A stretch of 64,000 bases of DNA, taken from Raillietiella orientalis (Eukaryota). The stretch covers positions 2,728,001-2,792,000 of the forward strand of contig JAYWIR010000011.1 of assembly GCA_036172245.1 (NCBI GenBank), read 5' to 3'. Below, piece by piece: positions 25,893 to 36,277 of the stretch. The position numbers and the translations under genes were made by a program. Position 1 is the first letter of the stretch; each line of letters starts with the position of its first letter. Below the pieces are notes generated by a model. The model was given only the letters and a program-made list of their open reading frames with translations, made no database searches and was not told where the DNA came from.

Positions 25893-26134
25893 AAACAGAG
25901 ATAGGGATAGACGGGGGAGGGGGAGAGGAGAAGGAAGGGAGGCGAAGAAAGAGAGGAAGGAGGAGAAGATGGAAGGGAGAACGAGGAGGGAGGAAGGAAA
26001 GATGAAGAGGATGAAAGGAAGAGGAGATAGGAGGGGAAGAGAAGCAGAAAGGGAGGAGAAGGACGAGAGGAAGGAGGAGGAGGAAGAAGAAGAAAAGGAA
26101 GAGGAAGGAAAGAGGAGGAAGGAAGGAGGGGAAA
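25893..26134. repeat. Purine-rich (GA/GGA) low-complexity tract
   Basis: Almost purely G/A on +. It produces the spurious E/R/K-rich ORF 25771..26145. Confidence 0.9.
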
Positions 26135-26816
26135 GGACCGACTAAGAGACGATCAGTAGTGGATCTGCGATTCGCGTTCCTCTGCTGACCTTGATGACCC
26201 GTAGCTGGTGCTGATGAAAACGAAAAACATCGGGTCGGGCCTGTAGACCCAGCATCCAGCCAGCAACAGTCTCTTTATCCTGCTTTCTGAAATTCGTTCG
26301 CCTGCTCGCAGTCTCAGGTCGCGCCCTGCAGATCCCGGGAGAAGGCTGACGCCGGCGCGATGAGAACCGAGAGCTTTTCGTGACTCCTGGGGCGAGGGTC
26401 GCCCTCCGCCCCAACTCGTTGCCTGTCCCCCTGAGAACCTAGGCGGCGGCGGCATGAGTAGAGTGTCGCGGGAAGCCTCGGACCCAGCGGCTCGCCACCG
26501 GGATCGCAGCGGATTTTCCTCCTCGCGGTGCTCTCCAGGCCTATGGCTCGGCGTCCGGGAAGCACTGCCCTCATGAGCAGACGCGCGCACTCCAGACACT
26601 CAGGAAATCTGCCTCGGTCCCTGAGACTCCCAGAAAGCCGGCGCAAAGTGGTAAGCGTTGGAAGGTCGCTCGAGGATGGTGACAGATCGCGCACGGAGGC
26701 AAATCCAATGGGCTCCTGGGGCTCTCTTCCGCACTGAAGGACGCGCATAGCGAGCTTCAAGCACGCGTGCAGAGCGCGCAAAGAAGCGGGTTGGGGACCG
26801 TAGCGCGTCGACGTAC

Positions 26817-26971
26817 CGTGGTCCGGTTGGAACAGCACTCCTCTTCGTTGATGAACCAAGAGATGGAAGCTGGAGGTCTGGAACCACGGCTCACGCAGGT
26901 GACCTCGTGAGCTTTCCCGGCTGCGAGCGGCTCGCGTAGCGATGTCAAGATCTGGACGCTCAGTGGTCTCA
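26817..26971 (-). CDS. Side-like gene exon E (Ig3 N-half): RPLSVQILTSLREPLAAGKAHEVTCVSRGSRPPASISWFINEEECCSNRTT
   Basis: Acceptor tctcgttccag, 155 nt. The donor gtacgt gives phase 0, matching exon F. Contains the CxxxGSRPPAxIxW motif. The donor position is slightly less certain than the others. Confidence 0.9.
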
Positions 26972-29254
26972 CTGGAACGAGACGCCCGCGGTCAGTCCAT
27001 CCGCCTGCCGGCATCGTGACTTTCAGATAGTGATTTCTCCGGGGCTCCGGGTCCCCGCTGGCGGAGGGAGCATTTGAGCGTGTGTCATCCCATCCCGCGG
27101 GTTGCTGCCATTGGAGGGAGAACACACGCATGCCCGCGAAAGGAATAGGGACATTTCTCCTGATTCCCGAGACGCCGAACGGCGGGCACGAGAGATGTGA
27201 CCCTATTACTTCTCCCCACTCCCCTCCCTTTCCCTCCTTCCGGAACGATTACGGTTTCCTTCGTGGAAATTCGGTTCCCCCCTGTAAGAGGGATCCACCC
27301 AGCACCCTCTCGTGAAGAGAAGGAAAGCTGGCAGTCAGCGGGTACATCCAGTCTGCGTCCGTTCAAGAAGTTCCATGGGAGGCAAGTGCGCGCGTCCGGG
27401 GAAGCCCCCATTTTCACCCTTGGCCAGGACTCTCGGAGTCCCTTTCCATCCCTTCTTCCCATTCCCGGGCATCCGGATAGGGTCCTCTCCGGATGTCTGT
27501 CCGGCACGCTTCCGGGTTCTTCGGTGAACAGTCCAAGGTGGATCCCTCTGTTCAACCCTCCTCGCCTCGTGCAGGGCTGAGCCCTACTGCCGCGCGATGG
27601 ATGCTGGGGATGAGAGCGGAGGGGCACAAGAGGCATGGCGTTTCCCTGATAACGTTCTCATCGCATCCCATCCACTCTCTCCCCCACATGCTGGAGTCGA
27701 GTCTGGGAGGAAGCGGCGCAAGATTCGCCCTCACGCGGACTGTAAGGTCCCCCCTCTCCGTGGGAACATCCTCCTGAGGAGAGGGAAGGTTGCACTTGTT
27801 TTTTTCCGCCAGGGAAGCGAGCAAAGGATGCCGCCGGCGCCCGCCTCCTGCCCACCAAGCAAGTCCGCGAGGGGCAGGCAGGGCAGCTCGCCTTCCTCGC
27901 CTCCTTGGGAGCGTTGCGGGGTCTCCTCCCGCTAGCTTCATGCCAGGACGCTGCCAGGACTCCAGAGCTGTCTCCTGACGGGAGGGGGACCTTTTCTTTC
28001 AAAGAAGAGGAGCGAGGGAAGGGTACAAAGGTCGTTTTCTCTCTGGCCAACCCTTCCTCCTCCCTCGCTCTCCCCATCCGCTGCGACTGTTCCGACCTTT
28101 CTCTCTTCTCCCTCCGGGGCATCCTCCTCCAAGAGAGTGCAGCGGAGGTGCATCGAGCTCCTTGGATATATCAGAAGAGCAGCTGTCCTGCGGGAAGCCA
28201 CTGTCCGATGATGAGCAAAGGGCGGGGACCATTTCCGTTGTCATAGCGCACGCGAGTCAGCAGTCCTCCATCAGGATGCACAGAACCCCGGATTCCAAAG
28301 TCTTCCCCACTTACCCTTGGGATAATCCCACTTCTTGACCCTCCCCAGGAGCGTGCTTGCCGGATTTCTTCCACAAGCGGCGGTTCCCGGAGACGGACTC
28401 CCGCTGGAGCCGCCTCCTGGGAGATGCTGCGAGTCAGCGGCAGCCTTTTCGCGGCAGCAAAGGGACTCAACCCTTCTGCGTGCACCCCTTGGTGAGTCTT
28501 GCTGTCTGTCGTCTGTCCGCATCTTCCTGATCCAGTGCTCTCTACCCGTTTCCTCGATCCTCCTCCAGTTTTCCTGGAGGAAGATCGAAGCTGCAGAGGA
28601 ATAAGAGAAGGGGGAAAGGGAAGTAGCGATGGTCGTCGCCGCCTTTTGTCCGCTCGCCGGTTCCTCGGTATGGAGACCTCGGGGTACCGTCGGTTTGAGA
28701 TCCGGTTCTTATGTATAGGTTTCCATCTTCCCTCAGTGTTTTGGCAAATGGAACCCCCTCCGCTTTTTACCCTTTATCCTCGGCGGCTAGTCGCGCAAGC
28801 AAAGAAGGCAAGAACCGTTCTCTTTGAGCTGCGAGATTCAGACGTTGATCCAAAGAAGAGGAAAGGAGGAGTAGGAGGAGGAAAGGGAGTTGGTTCTCTT
28901 CTGGTCCGAAGGAGCAGTTTCGTGGATGTATCAATAAGAGGATGGCAGGGCCCGCTGCTGCCTCCGTGCTCACTGCTGTCTGACGAAGAACCTCTAATTC
29001 GAAGTCTGCGCCCCCACCCTTCTTCCTTCCTCTGCTTCCCTTCCCTTTCCTCCTTTGAACTTTTCGAACCATTGTATCCTTCCTTTTCGAAAGAAAACTC
29101 AGAGGGGTCCAAGGGGACCGAGCCAATCTTCCTCGAGCAGGAAGCTGAGTAGCTGGCGCTCCTGTTTCTCAGTCGTTGGGACTCGCTCCAGAACGCGGAG
29201 GTGGACCCCGAGGAATTCCTGCGCAAGGCGGAGGAAAGAGGAATGGACACTTAC

Positions 29255-29458
29255 AGTTCATCTCCACGATGACGGAATTCGTTGATGGCTTGCTGATGTT
29301 GCTGTTGGAGGCGCGACACTCCAGAGTGGTCAGGAGGTCCTTCCTGGTGAGCGCGGGATTGCGGAATTCGTTCCGGACAAAGGAGGCTTCCGTGATCACG
29401 AAGCTGGTGTCCAGCAGGAGGCCATCCGCGTACCAGTATAGCTTGGGCAGTGGGTGTC
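29255..29458 (-). CDS. Side-like gene exon D (Ig2 C-half): HPLPKLYWYADGLLLDTSFVITEASFVRNEFRNPALTRKDLLTTLECRASNSNISKPSTNSVIVEMN
   Basis: Acceptor ctgtgttctag, donor gtaagt, 204 nt, phase 1/1. Contains GxPxPxxxW and LxRxDLxxxLxCxASN motifs. Confidence 0.95.
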
Positions 29459-30548
29459 CTAGAACACAGAATTCTCCTGCTCGCCCCAACTGCTCCTGAC
29501 GATTTGCACAAAAAAGGAGGGGGGGGAGGAGGAAGGAACAAAGCGCGAAGGAAAGGGAGGGAGACCGAGAAGGCAACTCCTGGCTTCCGACCGCGAAACG
29601 CAAGGATCTTCTCCGAGAGGCTGCGATCGCGTCTGTAGGAACAGAGGATCCCTCCTCTCCCGCGGGAGGGAAGGGAGAGAGCTCTGGCCGCGCATCGTGC
29701 GGAGGGATCGAAGGAGGAAGTGTAGGAGGGAGCGAGGAGTGGAGGATTGGGAAAGTCAGAGGGTCCAAAGGACCAGAAATCCTGCAGGAGACCCCTCACA
29801 GCATTCGATTCAGCCCCTCTGCAGCAACGCGATAGTGGATCTCCCTCCGCCCCCCCCACGCCCTCCTTGCGTCGCTTTCGACATCACCGAATTTCGCCTT
29901 GTCTCCTGCCAGATGCATGGGGAGAGAGGAGGGAAAGTCTCCCGACTGCGACGAGCGGTGAGGAGGGGCAGTACCCAGAAAGTCTTCGCAGGCGGCCAGC
30001 GGCGCTCGTTCGGAAGGCGAGCTTGCTAGGAGACGGGTGGGTGGCCACGTGCACTCAGAAGAGGGGAACAGGTTCATTAACCAGCCACCTGCACCGCCTC
30101 CTCATCCCACTCCTTCTGTACAGAAGAAGGGAGAATCTGGTAGTTCCCTCCTGGTGCTTCGGAAAGGGATAGCAAGGACGAGATAGGTGGTCTCGAGATA
30201 AGCATGCCGTGCCCCGAGAGGTCCTGGGATGGCACCTAGGGACTCTCTTCACCTGCATTTTATCCGGGAAAACCCTTCTTTCCTGTTGCTTCTTTCTTTT
30301 TCCCCCCTTTCGACTAGCCCCTCCCCCCCATATCTTACGACCATCCTCCGGAGGTCGAATCTTGGGAATCGACTCTGCCGAGCGCTCTTCGATCACCATT
30401 TGCTTGCCCTCGGTTCCCGGGAAGAAAAAAACTCTGCCCTCTCCAAGAATCTGCCACCGCATCCCAGAGGGCACGGGTGCCCCTGAGGCGCAAGCCTTCC
30501 CTCTAACTGCAGTCGGGACCTGAGGTAACATCCGACTTGATCCTGGTG

Positions 30549-30635
30549 ACGGATCCCGTGGCCGCCCTCTTCCTTCTTCGGAAGAAAGAGGGTGGCCTTG
30601 GCCTCGAGGACCTGCTCGAGCTCACCGAATGGTAA
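30549..30635 (+). mobile_element. Short non-LTR retrotransposon RT C-terminal remnant
   Basis: Translates as DPVAALFLLRKKEGGLGLEDLLELTEW*, matching the LYLPRKEGGLGL motif found after the RT domain in R2/R4/L1-type elements. Confidence 0.38.
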
Positions 30636-30888
30636 CCCCTGACTCCGAGCCCCCACACCATCCCGACGTCGCAGGAGGTGCTGGTGATCAAGCAAAGGCT
30701 CTCGTCCAGGTCTGCCCAGGGAACCCCATGGCTTGGCGGGCGCCGAGTGTGCTGAGCCGGTACCGACCTGGATGTGAACGCATCGAGAAGGCTCTCCGGG
30801 AAAGGCAGCGACCGCACGCCATCGATGCCGGAAGCGGAGGGTCCCCGCTCCCAGCCATTCGGGCTGGGGGACAGCTGGGTTTCCTTAC

Positions 30889-30999
30889 CGTCCGTCACCT
30901 CGCAGAAGAGGTTCAGCTCGTCTCCTTCCAGGAATGGGCCGACGGTCCCTTCAACGATTCTTCCCGCTCTGTCCTTGATCCTCGGTTTGGAAGGCGGAT
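30889..30999 (-). CDS. Side-like gene exon C (Ig2 N-half): PPSKPRIKDRAGRIVEGTVGPFLEGDELNLFCEVTD
   Basis: Acceptor tttttgctag, donor gtaagg, 111 nt, phase 1/1. Contains the GPFxEGxxLxLxCxV motif. Confidence 0.94.
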
Positions 31000-31635
31000 C
31001 TAGCAAAAACGGGGTGCTCTTAGAGGTCAGCAGGACCAACAGCAGCCATGGAAAGACAGTGCCGACTGCTCTTTTAGCGACACCCTATGCGGACGTCGAG
31101 CGGAAACTTCCGCGCAGGCAGCGGGCAATCCGTTGCAAGCGGACGGACGGCGGCGACGCGCGTGCTATGCAGATGGTACTCGACTTGCTCGAATCCTCGA
31201 ATTCCCCGGCGCGTCGCGCCCGGTCCTCGCACTGGCGGACAGCTGCTCCCCGCGCCTCGTCCTGAGTCTCTCCCGGGTCGGGGCACTCCTTGCTTGGAAG
31301 GCAGATTTCTGTTCCGGAACGGATCGCCACCAGGGAGGGAGACCGCCCGGCTGACCTGTCCGGGAACCGCGCCGTTCGTTCCTCCTTCCGATCTCCTTGA
31401 CGCGCGCGCGCCGCCGGCAATGATCGAGGTCCAGCAGGGCGGCGCGGGGATGAAAGAGAAGTGCGCAGCACCGAACCCTCCTTGCGCAGCAGACGCTGCC
31501 CGCGGTGGCGACAGGGAGCGCCACCGCGCCTCCACGTGCGAGAAGGCGACAACGAGGAGAAGGTTCCAGCACAGGGTTCCCAGAACGAGTGCTCCGGCAG
31601 CAGACCCTCACGCGGCGGGGGTCTCTCACTGAACT

Positions 31636-32376
31636 CTGGAAATCTCGAGGGGTTCTCTCCTGTTTTCGCTGCTTTCCTTCCAGCTTTACATTTTTTTTCT
31701 GGTTCTCAGGGGGACACTGAAGGACCGTCCGCCTCCTCAGGGGTGGCTCGCGAAGCTGCCCGCGCCGCCCGAGGGCGCGTCTGACTTTTCAAGTCAGGGA
31801 TAATCCCAGAGGGATCATCCTATGAATCCAGGAAGGCTCTGGAGTAAGGGAAGCATTCTCCTTGCTCTGGGTAGGGAACCCAAGAGAGGATCTTTCGCTT
31901 TTCCTCTCCGGATGGATTCCCCAGTAGGGGTCCGCTTCTCGTTTCTTCTCTGCTCAAGGGAACCGTTCCTTGTTGACCCCTCTAAAGAAAACCCCGAAGG
32001 GACGCTTCCCAATTTCTCTGGAGGGCGCTCCCGAAGGGAACAACGCGCTTCTTCACGCTCTAGAGAGGCATCAAGCAGCTCCCTGGTACGCGATGGATGG
32101 TCTCCATTTTGACAACCGGAGGGGAACCCTGAATGATTCCTGGAAGGACCCCGGGGAATCGACTTCCAATCCTGGCCACTCAAAGGGGGCATCCGGCTTT
32201 CACGAATGTCGAACCCGAATAGGCGAACAGGTGTCGCCCTGCTGGGGGGACTCGAAACCCATGGCGCACCTCCCGTTCTCGGAGCGTCGACCCTTCCCCG
32301 AGCGGGATTCGAACCCGCAACTCTTGGTATACCACGCGCGGAGACCGCAACCACATAAGTCGCCAACGCGGGGCCG
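31636..32376 (-). mobile_element. tRNA-derived SINE-like element, copy 6 (best preserved)
   Basis: Minus-strand head ggcccgcgttggcgac..gtggttgcggtctccgcgcgtgg..gcgggttcgaatcccgc with the B box at 32305-32315, a second B-like box at 32248-32260, full body and terminus. Confidence 0.85.
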
Positions 32377-34730
32377 TGCGGCTACTTCCGTCTAGGCCGG
32401 ATATGTGCGTGAAATGATCTTCAAGGAAGCGCTCTTCTTCCCCAGTCGTACCCTTGTGTGATCCACGCATTTATCCTAATCCCTTTCGCGCTGATGTGAG
32501 GCGTGTCAAATCTGTGTGCACAAAGGTTTCCCTCTAATTGCCCATCAATACCTAATAATACCTATTACAGCTCTTTGCATACGTGTTGTGTATGTCGGGG
32601 TGATTACGGCGAACTCTCCCTTGATGCGTTCTGCGCCATTTTGCTTTCAGCATCATCTGAAAGCCTGGATTTAATTTACATTCTTCTTTTTTTCCTTTTC
32701 TTCTGGAGCCTCAGACTCGCCGAAGAAGAAAAAGAAAACTTTTAGTTCTCGAGGATGAACTTTGATGACTGTTTTTTGATTGAATGGCGGCACATCTTGG
32801 ATGATGATAATCATCTTGAAAAGCCTCGAATTATCGCGCTAACCCGACTGCTTTCCAGGGATCGTTCGGCTGCCCGAGTTAGGGGCAATAGGTGGCCCAC
32901 CTACGCACCACTTTCTCTGAGCGCAGAGCTTCCTATTTCTCGCCTCTGTGTTTACGGCTTGCCGACGAAGCTGCCCCTGCTCTGCCGAGACGAGGGGGGA
33001 GGGAAGCGGGTGACGGGGAGCATGTGCGGCGACGCAGGCTCAGTGACAGGCGTAACGGGAAGGGTGGATGCGAGTCAGCACAATCGGAGAGGGAGCCTCG
33101 AGATAAATCTGTCGTTTCCCGCCGTCCCGAAAGAGACCGAACCTATACGGGACCGGGTTACGGGGATATGAGGCTGGATGGGGGAGCTTCCGTGGTCCGC
33201 TGGTCCGCGGAGGCGCCCACATAAATTTCATGAGCCTTGATGAAGGCGCAAATTCCATTCCCGATCCGTGATTCCTGCATGGATGCTGTGCTATCTGGCG
33301 GGGACGAATTCCTCTTCCCGGGACCTGTTATTGCTGGAACGTTCCGGGCCCATGCTAGCAAGCAGGCGCATAAAGATGTCCCCCGATGAGCGAGACGGGA
33401 TGAAAAACCGGAAAATCATGCCAATTAAATATTCCTGTTTATCCCGCGCGCGCGCGTTGGAGGATGGTTTTTCCCACTTAACAGCTGCGAGCGTGCGAGA
33501 ACTTCTGGAGAGCTCGTGCCTGCGCGTCCCTCCGGTCTCAGCAGAGACTTTTTTGCTTTTACCCTTCGCTGCTGCTGGGAAGACGAGCGAATTCATGGGG
33601 GACTTCTGTTTTCCGGTAGAAGGAGGAGGAAGAAGAAGAAGAGGAAGAGGAAGAAGAAAAAAAACAATTTCGTCGGGCATCCTGAGATATGCCCCATAAT
33701 TCCGCCTAACAGTCGGGGCGTCCTAGACGCCGGTGTTTTCGCGTCCCCCTCAACTGGTTGTCTCGTTTTCCTCCCCCCGCTCTTCCCCCCTCCTCGCTTC
33801 CCCTTTCGGCCTCCGCGTGAGTGCTCGGAAGCGGCAGCGGACTCGGGGAGAGGGAGAAGTCCTCGCCCCCGTGTGCTGGCAAGAGGAAACTTTCCTGCTC
33901 CCAGCGAGCTTTCCCTCAGGAAGGGAGGAAGGAGGGGACCACTCGGTCAAGAATGAATGGCCCAACGCGCCTTCCGTGTCCGCTCCACCCCATGGAGGGG
34001 ACACACCCCGCCCTAGAAGCAAGCAAGCTGAGACCCGCTAGGAGGCGGGGAAGGGTGCATTCCGGGACCACGTCCCTGTGCCCCTGAGCGCATTCGGATT
34101 CGACAGACTTGCCGCAGGTGACCGCACAGGGGTTCAGCCGACGTGGTCCGAGCGGCGTCGAGCCCGCTGGGGCAGCTGAGGAACCTCTGCGAGGTTTCCG
34201 AGGAGGAAGCGAGCAAGGGAGCAGCTCCGAAGAAGCTTCCAGGAAAGGGTTGGATGGAAGGGGGAGCCACCTGCCGGTCCGCCGAGAGGGAGCGAGGGAC
34301 GTGTCCCAGGAAGATCCACCTCTTCCGGAAGCTGAACGGGAATGAAGCGCGAAGATTCGCATCTCTATTCGAACTGCAGACTCATCCCTCAAACGGAGGG
34401 CGGATGGGAGCTTTCGGGGCAACGAAGCCTTCTTTGTCAGGAAGGGGTCAGCATCGGTAAGGTGTGGGGTAGTCTTTCTCTGGCGGCGCATGAGGCCGGA
34501 GGGGTCGCCGCAATGAACGACGACCACTTGTTCCGGGTACGGGCAGGAGGACGCGGAAGACGGGTGAAGCTTGTGCTGCTCGTCAGGGGGGTTTTTCAAG
34601 ACGGAGAGGCCCTCGGGGCGGAATCCCTCCGTGCAACAGACGAAAGAGTTCCAGAGGAAGGTCTGACGACGGAGAACGCCGAGCCGCTGGGAAATCCTTC
34701 AGGACCCGCTTTCGAGGAGCGGGAATTCCC

Positions 34731-35070
34731 GTGGAAATTTTTGGAGTTCTCCTGTTTTCGCCGCTTTCCTTCCGGCTTCCCCCTTTTTTTCTGGTTCTCA
34801 GGACCGCTTGCCTCCTCGCGGGGGCTCGAGAAGCTGTCCACGCTGCCCGAGAGTGCGTGGGACTCTTCAAGTCAGTCCGGAGGGACCATCCCATGAGTCC
34901 AGGAAGGCTCCGGAGGAAGGAACGCATTCTCCTTGAGATGACTAGGAAACCCCGTAGGGAATCTTTCCCTTTTTCCTCTCCCGATGGATTCCCCCTAGGG
35001 GGCCGCTTCTTGTTCCTTCTCGGGAGGGAACCCGGAGCCGCCCCTTCCTGGAATCATTCAGGGACCCGTC
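34731..35070 (-). mobile_element. tRNA-derived SINE-like element, copy 7 (3' part)
   Basis: ggagttctcctgttttcg, ctcttcaagtcag, atgagtccaggaaggctccggagg and cctctcccgatggattcccc match copies 2 and 6. Confidence 0.7.
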
Positions 35071-35439
35071 TTCGAGGAGCGGGAATTCTCTCGGAAAAAA
35101 CTCGAGACAAACCTCATCTCGTCCGAGTCTTGCTCGAGGCCTCCGGTCTGGAAACCAAGGAGCTGTCCCGCAACTCGACGGCAGGTTCGCACTGCTCCAA
35201 CACCAACCCTTTCTCTTGGAGACGATGAAATCCAGACTCACACGGAAGCGATCCGGACAACAGCCGCCCTTCCTGGAGGCCGTGCTCCTGTCAGGAGAAG
35301 GTATGACAGGTTCTCCTGGATAACTCCATTCGGGAAGATTCTTTGTCCCTGCCCTGGGAAGAGGCCAATGGGAGGGGGGGAAGGGACGGAAAGACGACCG
35401 CGTCGGAGTGCCTTCGAGCGGAACTGAGGTCATGAGGTG

Positions 35440-35790
35440 ACTCCTCCTCGTGGCCCTCTCCTCATCTATGAGCGATCGGTGCCTGTGGACCTCAGCTCCG
35501 CGCGTGTAAGAAGAGAAAGAGCGGAAGACCACTGGGATAAGGGTCTTGACTTCCCACTTCAAGGACCATCACGGTCGTACTACCGCGCACGGTCATCAGA
35601 AGTCAGGTTTCGCCCTTGGTGTCGCCTCGCTCTTCTCTCCTCGGCAGCGTTTCCTGTCCCCGCTACCATTGTGGGGAGAAGGGGGAGATGAACCGAATCC
35701 CTCTAAGAGGAGGATGGCATCTGGAAGAGGACGCGGTGATTCGAGCCTGGAACGAGCTGCCCCGGTCTACGGGCAGAGGTACCGTCGTTT
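35440..35790 (+). mobile_element. Decayed CR1/L2-like LINE ORF2 3' end
   Basis: LIYERS..DLSSARVRRERAED (LSYEERL..LxxRRxRAD), RTTAHGHQK (TRGHxxK) and VIRAWNELP (RVVxxWNxLP) occur in order across frames. Confidence 0.48.
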
Positions 35791-36071
35791 CGGCGGGCGG
35801 GACTCGAGCACCTCCAGGAGGCGGGGAGAGGAAGGCGGGCATCTATGGGACGAGAGTGGGCGACCAGGTCGGATGGCGGCGTCCCGTTCGTCTTCACCGC
35901 GTGCACCCTCGCGTCGCCTCCGCGACCGGTCCCACCCGGAAGGGCCGAAGAAGGAGGGAGCTTCGCTCGCGGAGAGGACCTTTATGGATTCGGAACACAC
36001 GGTCGGCCAGACGCGACGTCCTCCCCCCCCCGTTGCCGCCACGGCCGGCGGCGGCCTATGCGGCCACTTAC

Positions 36072-36277
36072 AGATCAGGTGCAGCGAGACGACGACGTTC
36101 TTCGTGGGGGAAGACTTGTAATCAACCCTACACCGATATTCTCCCTCGTCCTCCGCCTCGACCCTGCTGACCCTGAGCACGGACCGGCTCTCGATGAACT
36201 GAAACTTCGGCCTATGGTCAGGGGAGGCACTGGAAAGTCCGGTGTCCTTGCTTGGAGGGAACTTCCTGGTGTCCAGT
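36072..36277 (-). CDS. Side-like gene exon B (Ig1 C-half): LDTRKFPPSKDTGLSSASPDHRPKFQFIESRSVLRVSRVEAEDEGEYRCRVDYKSSPTKNVVVSLHLI
   Basis: Acceptor tctctcttccag, donor gtaagt, 206 nt. The GT|A junction with exon A encodes Val. Contains the DEGxYRCRVD(F/Y)xxSPT Side signature. Confidence 0.95.

Noticed and set aside
32295..32376. tRNA genes at the GGTTCGAATCC motifs (also 21500, 45472, 50834)
   Set aside because: No complete cloverleaf, and each motif is attached to the same repeat body. These are SINE heads.
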